A stretch of DNA of 61,052 bases from Bacteroidota bacterium (lineage in GTDB: Bacteria > Bacteroidota > Rhodothermia > Rhodothermales > JAAAOL01). This document shows positions 36,413-44,666 of the stretch, in pieces. The stretch spans positions 1 through 61,052 of the forward strand of contig JAAAOL010000315.1 in assembly GCA_009908885.1 (NCBI GenBank). The letters are read 5' to 3'. The position numbers were made by a program, and so were the translations under genes. How positions within the stretch are numbered: position 1 is the first letter of the stretch; every line of letters starts with the position of its first letter. The notes below the pieces were generated by a model. The model was not told where the DNA came from and ran no database searches. It saw only the letters and a program-made list of their open reading frames with translations.

Positions 36413-36711
36413 GGGGCGTCGTTCGCATCGGTAGGGGGCGAGGACGGTGAGGTCGACGGGCTGTCGGGAGCCTTCGGGGGCGTCTGCTCCTTCTTCAGCG
36501 TGCGGACCTTCTTCCGCTGTTTGAGGCGTCCGCGGAGCATCGCCAGGATGCCCGTGATGACTCCCAGGATGAACGTCACCATCAATACCAGCGCGAGGGG
36601 GCCGGTCGTCTGGGCGAATCCGAAGCTCACACTCACGTCCTGATTGTTCAGGAGCGCAAAAATGATGGCCAGGAGCGCCAAAAAGAGAGATAGGAAAAGC
36701 GTCACACGCAT
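36409..36711 (-). CDS. LapA-domain (DUF1049) small inner-membrane protein
   Basis: MRVTLFLSLFLALLAIIFALLNNQDVSVSF...two TM segments, then a basic stretch RGRLKQRKKVR. ATGA overlap with the LD-carboxypeptidase start (36409-36412). Confidence 0.55.
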   Translation of the reverse strand: MRVTLFLSLFLALLAIIFALLNNQDVSVSFGFAQTTGPLALVLMVTFILGVITGILAMLRGRLKQRKKVRTLKKEQTPPKAPDSPSTSPSSPPTDANDAP

Positions 36712-36715
36712 GGCG

Positions 36716-37810
36716 TCAGGAGGGTGTATCAGCAGGAGCGGAGGGAGAGGAGATGCCGACGCGGCGGCCCTTCCAGGCGACACGCCCCGTCCAATGATGC
36801 AGGGCCGAATCGAGCTGGAGGATGGAACTGAGGACGTACGAGAGTGGGGTCAGGAGCGTGACCCACAGTGGAAAACGACAGTAGCGATCCGTCGTGGCCT
36901 TGATCAGATACAGGGACGGCAGCAGGTAAAGGGAGACGACGGGGCTCAGGGTGAAGGCAAGGAGGAAGAAAAGATACAAAGGCATGAAGGAAAGAGGTGT
37001 CCCTCCGGCAAGAAGATAGGCATTCTTACGGAAGCCTTGCCAGGCGTCGGACAGGTCGGTGTACATATACACCGTAACGTCAGGCTGAACGTCGCAGAGG
37101 ACGGGCGTGATGCCCTCTCGCTTAAGGTAGCGCCCGATGTGGACGTCTTCCAGCACCTCGTTCTGGACGTGACGATGTGGCTCCAGAGCGTGGTAGCGAC
37201 TGGCCTCTAGCATCCAGCACTGCCCGTTTAGCGCGCCGAGCGATGGGAGGTCGATGCGGCGCACCAGGGGCCAGGGAAGTCCGCCGAGGATCGTGTTGGG
37301 GACCATGCTGACCAGCAGCATCCCGCCCCCCCGGAGCCGAGGCAGGGCGGTCAGCACGCTGTCCGCGGGCAGGGCGGCGTACTGGTCCACGAGGCGACGC
37401 AGGGCGTCCGGGTGCCGCAGTTCGGCGTCGGCGTCGAGGAACAGGTACGCCTCGTTCTGGGCCGAGCGCGTCAGCTGGTAGAGGGCGTGCACTTTGCCCA
37501 TCCAGCCGGGCGGCGGGCCGTTCCCCCGTACTCCCCGGATGAGGTCGGCGGGAGCGGTCTGAATGACGGACCACGTCTCGTCCTCGGAGCCATCATCGTA
37601 CACCAGCACCTCGAAGTCAGGATAGTGCTGGCGCGCGAGGGACGGCAGCAGGCGGCGCAGATTGTCGGCTTCGTTGCGGGCGGGAATCAGGACGGAGACC
37701 GACGGGGTCGTTTCCTGAGCGGGGACGTTCCGGGAGCGACGCAGGTACAGGAGGTTGGCTCCGATAATCAGGAGAAACCCGGCATGAACGACGGCAAGGA
37801 CGAGGAGCAT
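36716..37810 (-). CDS. family 2 glycosyltransferase (candidate carotenoid glycosyltransferase, CruC-like)
   Basis: VSVLIPARNEADNLRRLLPSL...FEVLVYDDGSEDET (GT2 DxD context) with flanking TM helices, inside the carotenoid gene string. Confidence 0.75.
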   Translation of the reverse strand: MLLVLAVVHAGFLLIIGANLLYLRRSRNVPAQETTPSVSVLIPARNEADNLRRLLPSLARQHYPDFEVLVYDDGSEDETWSVIQTAPADLIRGVRGNGPPPGWMGKVHALYQLTRSAQNEAYLFLDADAELRHPDALRRLVDQYAALPADSVLTALPRLRGGGMLLVSMVPNTILGGLPWPLVRRIDLPSLGALNGQCWMLEASRYHALEPHRHVQNEVLEDVHIGRYLKREGITPVLCDVQPDVTVYMYTDLSDAWQGFRKNAYLLAGGTPLSFMPLYLFFLLAFTLSPVVSLYLLPSLYLIKATTDRYCRFPLWVTLLTPLSYVLSSILQLDSALHHWTGRVAWKGRRVGISSPSAPADTPS

Positions 37811-37817
37811 GCGGGGC

Positions 37818-38456
37818 TCAGGGAGGATCCATCAAGAACTGGCGGTACATGACCGGCGGGTTCTGCGCCAACAGGCGCTCCCGCAGGTGCTCGGCGGCCT
37901 CGGTGTCCATCTTCTCCAGCGTGTACCATTCCCAGAGCGTGGCCTCCAGCCGGGAGAGGCCCTCGGCGTCTCGATCGTCCAGCACCCGCTGTAGCGTGCG
38001 GAAGGAGCGGAGCGCCTGCTGGAGGTCGCCCCCGAACAGGGCGGGGCGGAAGAGGAACGACTGGCCTTCGATCAGGAGGACGAACGGTTCATCGGGATCC
38101 AGCGCCCGGGCCTGGTCCAGCAGCTGGATAGAGCGCCGACCGAGCGATGGGGTTTTCCAGACCGGCGCTTCGCGGACCCGGTAGCCCCACAGGCCGGACA
38201 GCAGCGCCAGCTCGCGGGCGGTAGGGTTGTCCAACTCGGTGGGTAGGTCTTCCAGGTAGGCGTCGTCCTGGGTCAGCGGGTACAGTCGATAGCGACACAG
38301 CAGCTTGATCGTCCGGTCGCTGGTGGAGTGCAGCAGTCGTTGCAACGCGTCGATGTTGCCGTCGGCATAGTACTGACGCGTCGCTTCGGCGGTATCCATC
38401 GGCGGGGCGGGCATGAGGCCGATCATCAAAACGAGGCTGAGGGTCAGCAGCGTCAT
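37818..38456 (-). CDS. hypothetical secreted/periplasmic protein
   Basis: The ATG at 38456 forms an ATGA overlap with the upstream acyltransferase stop (38453-38456). Signal-like N-terminus MTLLTLSLVLMIGLMPAPP. No family recognised. Confidence 0.5.
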   Translation of the reverse strand: MTLLTLSLVLMIGLMPAPPMDTAEATRQYYADGNIDALQRLLHSTSDRTIKLLCRYRLYPLTQDDAYLEDLPTELDNPTARELALLSGLWGYRVREAPVWKTPSLGRRSIQLLDQARALDPDEPFVLLIEGQSFLFRPALFGGDLQQALRSFRTLQRVLDDRDAEGLSRLEATLWEWYTLEKMDTEAAEHLRERLLAQNPPVMYRQFLMDPP

Positions 38457-39172
38457 GAAGGGGGCGTAAACAGTGAACGTAGCCACGACATGCTCCATCG
38501 TTCGCTGCCGGAGGGGCGGGAGTCCAGCAGCACCTCAGAGGTCTCGGGCGAGGCCGAGCGGATGGACTGCAAAACGGACGCTAAATTCTGGGGTTCCTCG
38601 CCCGTGATGCCTGCGCGGGGCGTGCCGCCGCCGAGGAGCACCGTCGGACGCGGGTCGCCCCACCAGGTGACGTGCATGGCCAGAGGCCACCACAGGACGT
38701 CGGGCAGGAGACGGTCCAGCCGCTCCAGCACGGTCGTGGAGATCGGGGCGAGGCCGTCTTCGGGCGGATGCAACGCGCCCTCGGGAAAGTACGCGAGCAT
38801 CGTAGACGGACGTGCCCTCAAATAACGGATCGTGTACCGCACCGTCGACGCGCGGCGGGCGGTGTCGTTGGCGGGGAAGGGCAGGGCGCCGACGGCGCGA
38901 AAGAAGGGCACGCGATCCCAGTCGCGCATCCAGAGCAGCGGCGTCCGATGCAGCACGCGCCGCGCCGCGACCCAGGCCAGATAGCCGTCGTGAAAATAAT
39001 GGTGATTGGCGTAAGCGACGACGGGGCGATCTGTGGGAATCGACGGCCGGTCTCCGACCCAGCACACCCGGCGGAACGACTGCCGCAGCGACCGGCGCAT
39101 CAGCGCAGCGACGGCCGGACGGAGCAGGCGCGCGGCGAGGGGCGTCGGTGGCACGGAGGGGCGTCGAGCCAT
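38453..39172 (-). CDS. PlsC-type (lysophospholipid-like) acyltransferase, candidate carotenoid acyltransferase (CruD-like)
   Basis: HX4D motif in AYANHHYFHDGY and a second-block FPEG motif (YFPEGALHPPEDG). Confidence 0.68.
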   Translation of the reverse strand: MARRPSVPPTPLAARLLRPAVAALMRRSLRQSFRRVCWVGDRPSIPTDRPVVAYANHHYFHDGYLAWVAARRVLHRTPLLWMRDWDRVPFFRAVGALPFPANDTARRASTVRYTIRYLRARPSTMLAYFPEGALHPPEDGLAPISTTVLERLDRLLPDVLWWPLAMHVTWWGDPRPTVLLGGGTPRAGITGEEPQNLASVLQSIRSASPETSEVLLDSRPSGSERWSMSWLRSLFTPPS

Positions 39173-39179
39173 CGCGTGA

Positions 39180-40142
39180 TCAGTCGGGAACGGTGGCGGT
39201 CAGGGTGGTCGGCACGGCTACGTCCGGGGGCGCCGAGCGCAGCTTTTCGCGGCGCCGGGTATAGCCGTCGCGCATCACGAGTAGGCCCTTGCGCCAGGCC
39301 GGGACATAGGCCCGATAGGTCAGGTTGTCGTAGTCGGCGGCCCGCACCTCGTTCAGGATTTCGCGATACATGCGTGCGGCGGCGCGGATGCCCACGCGGC
39401 ACCGCAGCGGCAGCGCATCGATGCCTGGGATGGCAGCGTCGTAGTAGCGCTCGGCGTGGGTCATCAGCTCTTCCAGGAGAGCGACGTACCGGCGAGAAGG
39501 GGCTTCCGCTCGGAGGTCGTCCCGTGTCACGCCGTGGCGGGCCATGGTCTCGCTGGGCAGATAGACCCGATCGAGCTGGCGGAGGTCTTCGCCCACGTCA
39601 CGCAGGATGTTGGTGATCTGCATGCCGATGCCGAGGGCCCGGGCCGGTTCGTCCAGCGCCTCGCGGTCGCAGGCGTCGAGCAGGAAGGGCAGCATCATCG
39701 CCCCAACACTGCCGCCGACGAGGTTCGAGTAGTGGATGAGGTCATCGAGGGTATCTACCGTCTCGCCCCGGAGGTCCCAGCGGGCCCCATCGAGTAATTC
39801 ATACAGGGGCGCCGGTGCTAGATCGTAGCGCTGGTGGACGGCGTGAAGGCGCTGCCAGAGAAAGTCGTCCGGCGGGCGTCCGGCGAGCGTCGCATCGAGC
39901 TGGCGGTGGATGGCGTCGGTCTCCGCGAGGGCCGCTTCGGCCCCGACCTTCAGCACGCGCTGATCCGCGATCGTGTCCACGCGACGGCAGAAGAGGTAGA
40001 GGGTGGCGATAGGCAGCTGCACCTCGCGGGGCAGCAGACGGGCCGCCATCGAGAAGGTGCGGGAATGATAGCGGAAGGCACGCCACGCATGCCGGTCGTC
40101 CGCGACGTGGGCCGGTCGGGTCGGGGCGAGCAGGTTGCGCAT
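39180..40142 (-). CDS. crtB: phytoene synthase (squalene/phytoene synthase family)
   Basis: YLFCRRVDTIAD (first Asp-rich motif) and ILRDVGEDL (second). The product could in principle be another head-to-head prenyl synthase. Confidence 0.87.
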   Translation of the reverse strand: MRNLLAPTRPAHVADDRHAWRAFRYHSRTFSMAARLLPREVQLPIATLYLFCRRVDTIADQRVLKVGAEAALAETDAIHRQLDATLAGRPPDDFLWQRLHAVHQRYDLAPAPLYELLDGARWDLRGETVDTLDDLIHYSNLVGGSVGAMMLPFLLDACDREALDEPARALGIGMQITNILRDVGEDLRQLDRVYLPSETMARHGVTRDDLRAEAPSRRYVALLEELMTHAERYYDAAIPGIDALPLRCRVGIRAAARMYREILNEVRAADYDNLTYRAYVPAWRKGLLVMRDGYTRRREKLRSAPPDVAVPTTLTATVPD

Positions 40143-40181
40143 GGTGGCGTACGGTTGTGGAGGGTGTCGAAGGGGCTGCCG

Positions 40182-41144
40182 TCAGGGCGCCGAGCGCCGT
40201 TTCGCGTAGAGAAACAGGTACGGCACGGCGGCGGCCAGCAGGCCCGCCACGAAGCCCAGGTAGAGGCCGTAGAGCAGACAGAGCAAGATCGGAAACAGGC
40301 AGTTGACGCCGTAGACGAGGGGCGCCCGCCGGTCCGTCGCTGGGAGGCCGCCGCACAGCCATTCATAGCCGATCATAATGATCAGCGAGACACCGAACCA
40401 TCCGGCCCAGTTCGACAGGGGCATGCCGTAGTAAAAGCCGCCTCCGGGATAGGACCAGAATGTCGTCTGTGCGAAGCGGCCCATCGCCGGGTCGAGCGAA
40501 ACGTCCCACAGCACCATGAAGACCGTCGCCAGCAGGATGCGCCGCCAGCGGCTCGTCGTCACCCGCTGGGCGAGGTCGAGCGAAAGTATCGACATCGCAA
40601 ACCAGGACAGGGGGATGAAGTACGGTACGTGCCCGGCGATCTTAGGCCCCATCCAGGTCGTATATGCGTAGGCGCCGAACGGCACACCCGTCATCGTCCC
40701 GATCAGCTCGCTCGCCGCGCCGATCAGGCTGCCCCACGCCACGAAGAGGGTCATCCGCCGCGCACCGAGCTTCGGCCCATACATCAACACCGGCAGCACG
40801 GCCATCAGCGTCATGTAGGTCCAGGTAGGCGTCTTGACCAGGATCTCGTAATATGGGGCGAAGACGGGCAGCGACGACGGCACGGTCCGCAGCAGCAGCA
40901 TGCCCAGCAAACTGAAGGCAATCGCGCCGACGTAGATCCAGAAACTGACGGCGTAGAGGCGCTCCACCAGGGAACGTGACGGTTCGGCAGGGGAGACGGC
41001 CGCGGAACGCGGTGACGAGGTACGGATGGACGCCACGGTACAGAGACGGAAGTGGACAAACGGGTGGATGAATCCCTCGGCGGAGACGATGGTACCAAGC
41101 CATGCTCGCTTCACTAGGGCACAAATCAACGAAAGAAAGCTCAC
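40182..41144 (-). CDS. polytopic carotenoid biosynthesis membrane protein (candidate CruF-like 1',2'-hydratase)
   Basis: Polytopic protein directly upstream of crtB on the same strand. The assignment rests on context and general architecture. The start is uncertain: a GTG at 41035 would avoid crowding the divergent wbqC-like gene. Confidence 0.45.
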   Translation of the reverse strand: MSFLSLICALVKRAWLGTIVSAEGFIHPFVHFRLCTVASIRTSSPRSAAVSPAEPSRSLVERLYAVSFWIYVGAIAFSLLGMLLLRTVPSSLPVFAPYYEILVKTPTWTYMTLMAVLPVLMYGPKLGARRMTLFVAWGSLIGAASELIGTMTGVPFGAYAYTTWMGPKIAGHVPYFIPLSWFAMSILSLDLAQRVTTSRWRRILLATVFMVLWDVSLDPAMGRFAQTTFWSYPGGGFYYGMPLSNWAGWFGVSLIIMIGYEWLCGGLPATDRRAPLVYGVNCLFPILLCLLYGLYLGFVAGLLAAAVPYLFLYAKRRSAP

Positions 41145-41149
41145 CGCGG

Positions 41150-41884
41150 ATGGCAGTTTCAGACGTTACACCATCCTCGCAAACCGTCGCGGTCCGACCG
41201 CCCGAATACTGGCCGCGGCTGGCGTACATGGCGCTCGTCCAGGCCGTAGACTGCGTCGTGCTGGCGGATACGTTCCAATATAGCCGCCAGTCCTTTCAGA
41301 ATCGCGCCCGGCTTCGCAATCCGCAGGGCTGGCAGTGGATCTCGATTCCGCTCAAGGGCGGGCAGCACGGGACCGGCATCGACGAGGTACGCCTCCGCCA
41401 TCACCTGCCGTGGCAGCGCACCCACCGCCGCGCTCTGCTCTATAATTACCGGACCGCCCCGTACTATCCGTATGTTGAAGATCGGCTGCATGCCGTGCTG
41501 GAGCGCGAGTGGACGCACCTCGGTACGCTCACCTGCAAGACGGTGGAGGTGCTGGCTGACGCGCTCGGGCTCAGCACGCGCATCCGTCACGCCAGCGCCC
41601 TGCCCGGCGCGCCGACCTCGATCCCGGAGGTCCTGGCGGTTCTCGGTCCCTCGACGTTGATCGTGCCGGAGCCGGTGGCCGACATCGACGCCGAGCACGC
41701 GGAGCGGTCGCGCGTCTTTCAGTTCGATCATCCGTCCTACCGGCAGAACTTCGAGGGCTTCGAGCCCGGCATGTCGGCGCTTGATCTCTTACTTAACTAT
41801 GGTCCCGAGTCTGCCGGGATGCTGGCCCGCTCGACGCAGGTGAGCTCCTCGGCCCCGGAAATCACCCGCACGGAGAGCGGATAA
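41150..41884 (+). CDS. WbqC-family protein
   Basis: PEYWPRLAYMALVQAVDCVVLADTFQYSRQSFQNRARL...ISIPL...YNYRTAPYYPY matches the WbqC-like pattern. Start at the ATG at 41150. Confidence 0.7.
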   Translation: MAVSDVTPSSQTVAVRPPEYWPRLAYMALVQAVDCVVLADTFQYSRQSFQNRARLRNPQGWQWISIPLKGGQHGTGIDEVRLRHHLPWQRTHRRALLYNYRTAPYYPYVEDRLHAVLEREWTHLGTLTCKTVEVLADALGLSTRIRHASALPGAPTSIPEVLAVLGPSTLIVPEPVADIDAEHAERSRVFQFDHPSYRQNFEGFEPGMSALDLLLNYGPESAGMLARSTQVSSSAPEITRTESG

Positions 41885-41953
41885 CCACGCTGCCGTTGGT
41901 AGGCTCTTGCCCATGCCCCCTCATCTTCAATTTTTATCATCACCTCTCGTTTT

Positions 41954-42814
41954 ATGGCTGAACAAACCACCGATTCTGTAGCAACCCAGCGGTATCCCGA
42001 TTGGCTCGAAAACAGCAGCAAGCAACGGGAACTGGATCGTGTCTTACTCGATCGCACCGAGGGGCCGGTCAACACCTTGCTGCAGCATCTCACTTCCGAT
42101 GCCGTAATGCACCAGTATCACAGTTACGCCAACGTCGTCTCGGTGCGGCGGCTCGGATACAACGACCACGGTCCCGTGCACGCGCGGATCGTCACCTACA
42201 ACGCGCTCAAAATTCTCCGTTTGCTTCACGAGGCCGAGGTCGCAACCTCGCTCGAAGACGAGGAGGTCGGGCGCTACGAAGACTCCCAGGTGGCCGTCGC
42301 GCTGGCGGGCTTTCTGCACGACATCGGGATGGGGGTGGCCCGTACGGATCACGAGTGGCATTCGATGATTCTGGCCGACAGGCAGATCCGGTCGTGCCTG
42401 GAACACGTCTACCCGGATGAGCACGACCCGATGCGGCCCGTGCTGCACGCCCTCACGCACGAGGCGATCGTCGGACACATGGCCAGTCAGCGGATTCATT
42501 CGATGGAGGCGGGCGTCGTCCTCGTCGCCGACGGCTGCGATATGGCCCACGGCCGGGCCCGCATTCCGCAGGCGCTGGAGCGCGACCCGATGGTGGGGGA
42601 CATTCACCGCTTCTCCGCCAGCGCCATCCGCCGCGTCGACATCCAGCGGGGCGAGAGCAAGCCCGTCTCGATCAAGGTGACCATGGACAACGTGACGGGG
42701 CTCTTCCAGGTCGAGGAAATCCTGATGACGAAGGTCAAGGCCTCGCCCATCATGCCGCACCTGGAAGTGACGGCCATCGTCGGCGATGAAGAGCCGCGCC
42801 AGTACCTCGCGTAA
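41954..42814 (+). CDS. HD-domain phosphohydrolase
   Basis: H...HD signature: NDHGPVHARIV and AGFLHDIGMG. 286 aa. Confidence 0.75.
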   Translation: MAEQTTDSVATQRYPDWLENSSKQRELDRVLLDRTEGPVNTLLQHLTSDAVMHQYHSYANVVSVRRLGYNDHGPVHARIVTYNALKILRLLHEAEVATSLEDEEVGRYEDSQVAVALAGFLHDIGMGVARTDHEWHSMILADRQIRSCLEHVYPDEHDPMRPVLHALTHEAIVGHMASQRIHSMEAGVVLVADGCDMAHGRARIPQALERDPMVGDIHRFSASAIRRVDIQRGESKPVSIKVTMDNVTGLFQVEEILMTKVKASPIMPHLEVTAIVGDEEPRQYLA

Positions 42815-42830
42815 CAGCACGCGGCGTCGC

Positions 42831-43775
42831 TCACTTCGCCGTGGGGGGCAGCGGGGCCGGGCGCCGCCGATGGCGGTAGCGGCGGACGATCACCAGGCCG
42901 GCCAGGATCAGCACGCCGCCCGCGATCTGCGGCCAGGCGACGGGCTCTCCCAGAAACACGAGCCCACTCAGCAGCCCGACGACCGGCGTCACGTTGCCGT
43001 ACGCCGCCGTCTGCGAGGCGCCCACTTTCCGGACGGCGCTGTTCCAGATGGCGATGGCGAGCCCCGTGGAAAGGCCGCCGGAAAACACGATGGCGAGCCA
43101 GATCCACGCGGTTACCTGCTCCCAGGCGACGGTGTCGAGGTAGGGCACGCTGAGGCCGAGCAGCAGGGGCAGCGCAAAGAGGAGCCCGAAGAACGCGATG
43201 CTGATGGGCGAGGTCGTCCGGGAGAGCGGTGTGTTGAACGCCGTGTACGTGCCCCACAGCAGCGCCGCGGCGACCATCATCACGTTGCCGAAGAGCGTCG
43301 TCGGGCCGAAGGTGACCGTCTTGGTTCCGCCCAGCACGATCACCACCACGCCCACAGCCATCGCCAGGAGACCGACGACGGCAGGCAGCCGCAGCCGCTC
43401 GAAGCCCCAGATGCGTCCTACGAGGGCCGTACTGAGCGGAGCGCTGGCCATGATGAGGGCGGCACTCCCCGCCGTCGTGTTGTTGACGCCGACGATGAAG
43501 CAGAACTGGTAGAAGAAGTATCCGAGCAGTCCCATCGCGGCGAGCTGCCAGACGCGTCCCCGCAGCGGAGCGAAGAACCCGTGCCCGCGCTGCCGCTGCC
43601 GCCACAGATAGAGCCCGCCGAGCACGGCGAAGGAAACGAGAAACCGGAAGGCATTCATCACGTGCGGATGCATCACGGCGAGCGCTGCCTTGACAACCGC
43701 AAAGTTGACGCCCCAGACGCACACGACGAACGCGAGCGCCAGATCGTACTTCAGGGACGTATCCGTCTTGGGCAT
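42831..43775 (-). CDS. DMT-superfamily (EamA) transporter
   Basis: About ten TM helices arranged as two EamA-like halves. 314 aa. Confidence 0.85.
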   Translation of the reverse strand: MPKTDTSLKYDLALAFVVCVWGVNFAVVKAALAVMHPHVMNAFRFLVSFAVLGGLYLWRQRQRGHGFFAPLRGRVWQLAAMGLLGYFFYQFCFIVGVNNTTAGSAALIMASAPLSTALVGRIWGFERLRLPAVVGLLAMAVGVVVIVLGGTKTVTFGPTTLFGNVMMVAAALLWGTYTAFNTPLSRTTSPISIAFFGLLFALPLLLGLSVPYLDTVAWEQVTAWIWLAIVFSGGLSTGLAIAIWNSAVRKVGASQTAAYGNVTPVVGLLSGLVFLGEPVAWPQIAGGVLILAGLVIVRRYRHRRRPAPLPPTAK

Positions 43776-43928
43776 TCCGAGGGGAGGGGTGCGGTCGGTG
43801 GATCAACGACGTGCGGTCCACCCGCTAAGGGATTCGAAACATACTTTAGACGCCGGGGCTGGCTTTTCGTTGTGACGGCGTCGTAGGTTATAGACAATTC
43901 GGGGCGAGTTCACAGCCATACGCGCACC

Positions 43929-44270
43929 ATGCCGGAAGAGGAAATCACCAAGCTCTACTACGCCATCGGGGAGGTGAGCGAGATGACGGACCTCGAACCC
44001 CACGTACTCCGCTACTGGGAATCCGAGTTCGAGATGCTGCACCCCCGGAAAAATCGAGCAGGGCGGCGCGTGTACACGGAGGAAGACATCGCCATGGTGC
44101 GTCGCATCCAACACCTCTTGCGGGTCGATAAGTACACCATCGCGGGTGCGCGGCAGGTGCTCGAACGCGCCGAGGCCCCCGCGGCGTCGCAGGAGCAGCG
44201 GCAGGAACTATTAAGGCTTCGCGGATTTCTACATACGCTGTTGCAAAAGCTGGAGAATGGTGTAGACTAG
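43929..44270 (+). CDS. MerR-family transcriptional regulator (small, Bacteroidota-type)
   Basis: YYAIGEVSEMTDLEPHVLRYWESEF...GRRVYTEEDIAMVRRI. Confidence 0.85.
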   Translation: MPEEEITKLYYAIGEVSEMTDLEPHVLRYWESEFEMLHPRKNRAGRRVYTEEDIAMVRRIQHLLRVDKYTIAGARQVLERAEAPAASQEQRQELLRLRGFLHTLLQKLENGVD

Positions 44271-44283
44271 GTAGCACAACATT

Positions 44284-44360
44284 CGGGACGTAGCGCAGCC
44301 AGGTAGCGCACTTCAATGGGGTTGAAGGGGTCGCCGGTTCGAATCCGGCCGTCCCGACCA
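44284..44360 (+). tRNA. tRNA-Pro (anticodon GGG)
   Basis: Hand-folded cloverleaf. Acceptor stem CGGGACG/CGTCCCG, D arm GCGC-AGCCAGGTA-GCGC, anticodon stem CTTCA/TGAAG with loop A-T-GGG-G-T, T arm GCCGG-TTCGAAT-CCGGC, discriminator A, encoded CCA. Confidence 0.93.
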
Positions 44361-44368
44361 GCACATCG

Positions 44369-44404
44369 CCCGGCGTCGGAGCCCTCCGGCGTCGGGTTGT
44401 TTTA
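44369..44404 (+). terminator. Candidate terminator after tRNA-Pro
   Basis: CCCGGCGTCGG (44369-44379) pairs with CCGGCGTCGGG (44386-44396) using two G-U pairs, followed by TTGTTTT. Confidence 0.5.
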
Positions 44405-44535
44405 TGTTGTGAGGATTCGTAGCTATCGTCCCTGCCTCGTGCGCTCCGTCGCTGCGGTCCGGTCCGGGTCGGTCTCCAGCAGGCCCGGTTCCCAAAAGGG
44501 GCGGATACGTCTTATATTGCCCTACGCTGACCGTC

Positions 44536-44549
44536 GATCGCGCGCGATC
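44536..44549. repeat. Perfect 14-bp palindrome GATCGCGCGCGATC
   Basis: Read directly from the sequence, about 120 nt upstream of the rodZ-like start. Confidence 0.9.
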
Positions 44550-44666
44550 TCGATCTGTGGCGTCCCGGCGTCGGATCGTCGGCGTGCGTTATATTGACGC
44601 ACGGACCAGGCCCTGCCGCCGCCGCGTCTCGTCTGCATCTCCTTCTCTCACAAGCTGCCCACCGAT

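Noticed and set aside
42604-43886. 405-aa (-) and 366-aa (+) ORFs overlapping the DMT transporter gene
   Set aside because: Both are off-frame or antisense shadows of the EamA transporter (42831..43775 -). Both are highly Arg/Gly-rich without motifs.
44284-44360. tRNA-Pro as an integration hotspot for a genomic island
   Set aside because: There is no integrase, no duplicated tRNA 3' segment and no compositional shift downstream. The flanking genes (MerR, RodZ-like, LigA) are core functions.
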